This document shows, in pieces, positions 62,357 through 64,000 of a stretch of 64,000 nt of DNA. This stretch comes from Squalus acanthias. Lineage: Eukaryota. Location: assembly GCA_030390025.1 (NCBI GenBank), contig CM059432.1:54996001-55060000 (forward strand), in the 5' to 3' direction. Each line of letters opens with the position of its first letter. Within the stretch, counting starts at the first letter, position 1. The notes beneath the pieces are model-generated. The model was not told the origin of the DNA. It saw only the letters and a program-made list of their open reading frames with translations, and searched no databases. The translations under genes were made by a program, and so were the position numbers.

Positions 62357-64000
62357 AATGCATTGTTCTGTATAAGCTGCTAAAATCCTTCCTGCAGATC
62401 GGTCTGCACTCTTGCTTCTAATTAAAGCCAGTTCTCACTAATTCCTGCATTTTGTCACCCAAGGTTCCCATAGCTGCAGTGTGAGCATCAATCTGAGATG
62501 CATACACTATGCTTATGGTCTCATTGATTGAAGTTGCTGCAGCGTGTCCCACTGCATTTGAAACTTGCCAGATTTCAGTTGCTGAAAGGCTGGAGAAGTC
62601 TTCCTCAAATGTCATTTTGTTCATTATGCTTCAGATATTATACACAGACTGATTCAGAGTGCCTGGACCTTGGTATACACAGGTCCCCTTTGAGCCAAAT
62701 TAAGTGGGCGCACCAAACACATGGCTCAGCATCCTCTGCTTAAAGTGGTCAACTGAGAGACTACCAGGTAGGCATGCCTGTAGAGGGTTTAGAGATGTTG
62801 GACTTCCATTCAGCATCTTCAAGTCTTTCTAAAGACTCCTCCAGTGACACTGCCTCTTCAATAATTCCTAATTCTTATGTTCTTATGTTCTTATAATGCT
62901 GTTTCCTTCAAAGAGTGTACCCCATCATACTTTCCAATCCCATGGTGATTCTGTGCTGCCAATCTGTACAGAAAAGAAACACTCTTCCTGCTGCTCTTCC
63001 TCTTGCTCCTGTATGGCATCAGTGACTGCACTTGTGAGGAAAGTATATGGAACAATGGAGAGCATGAAAATATTACTATGCAGTCATGCTAGTCATTGTG
63101 AAACAAATTTCTTCTTTATTGGCTGGATGCAGTGATACTTGCTTCAGATGTAGTATTCTAAGCACATGGTATGTATGCAGGCATGCAAAAAAAATTCCGA
63201 GGATGTGGACTGCCCAGCTAAAGCCAACTTACTTAATAAAAGGGTCTTTCAGCCAATAAACTTTACTAGATGGACTTCCCAGGATAGCAAGATCTTCTTT
63301 CAGAACTGTCCTTTTCTTGATTTTTCTTTTACAAATATGAATTTACAATAACGGATAGTTTGTGTTTTCCATGGATGTGGAGGTCTACACAATTTGGAAG
63401 CAATTTGCACATTAATTTCAACTGTCACACCATATTTGCATGACATCTTGATGGCAGCAGGACACTTACTTCAGAAGCAGCTTGCCATTGATGGCAATAC
63501 AATGCATATTTGACCTTTCATTTATGTATTACTATTGTCTTACTTTTGTACTTTTGCACAAATTGTTCAACATCTTACTGACCTCATCCATAATCCAGGC
63601 CAGTTAAGGACACAACCTTCATCCTGTCATGCTGACATATGGTCTTGTTGGTGTTAGCACTCACTCAGCCACCTCTTATCTGTCAAGTACATGGCTGGGA
63701 GTTTCCTCGAAGATACTCCTGCTCCACCACCGCAACTTCACCCAAAGTTTGGCTGAAACCCTGTTTACACATAAATGGGGGTTTCTGTCGCACTTCTGGT
63801 GAAGTTACCGTGGTGGAGCAGGAGGAATTCCGAAGAAATATCTACAGTTTTGGACAGAGACCAGCCTGTGAAGAGTTTTTCTTGTGTGCAGTTGAAACAT
63901 ATTCGTCCAGAATAGAGATGTCTGCAGCTGGCTTAACGTTGTCAGGTGTTACATAAACCAATTCAGAAGTGTGAAACCGGTAATATCAGAGCTAAATTGC

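Noticed and set aside
61200..63950. Very old Harbinger remnants (transposase-like ~61300-61440; Myb-like ~63550-63900), also ~7700-8600 and ~17760-17970
   Set aside because: Too degenerate to set boundaries or TIRs reliably.

Overview
This is vertebrate genomic DNA, most likely from a shark or other cartilaginous fish, inferred from the repeat families (Deu-domain SINEs, CR1, Penelope, RTE, Harbinger). Most of the window is decayed transposable element, and nearly all ORFs in the supplied track are TE fragments or noise. The only host gene I can support is the 5' end of COLEC12 on the + strand: coding exon 1 (ATGAAAG, 43456-43462) and exon 2 (59354-59404), giving MKDDYSEEEEVHSMGYKRFG. Upstream lies a six-level nest of insertions: CR1 > Gypsy LTR element > Harbinger-type MITE > RTE LINE > endogenous retrovirus > Penelope and a solo LTR. 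The main finding is the endogenous retrovirus (25561-37061, minus strand). It has 683-bp LTRs, a tRNA-Ser PBS, a PPT, a gag with a PPPY motif fused by deletion to half a protease, and no recognisable pol. It carries TWO tandem membrane-glycoprotein genes, each with its own splice acceptor. The first is a ~300-codon type I membrane protein with an Ig-like domain. The second is a ~670-codon env resembling paramyxo/pneumovirus F proteins (lokiretrovirus-like) with two furin sites. Its 5' LTR also carries a duplicated copy of the 3' host flank. Other points of interest are minimal hammerhead ribozymes in Penelope ends, a twin-primed LINE with a tRNA-like 5' head, and a 1.5-kb solo LTR. All calls were made by eye, with no database searches, and boundaries marked ~ are approximate.
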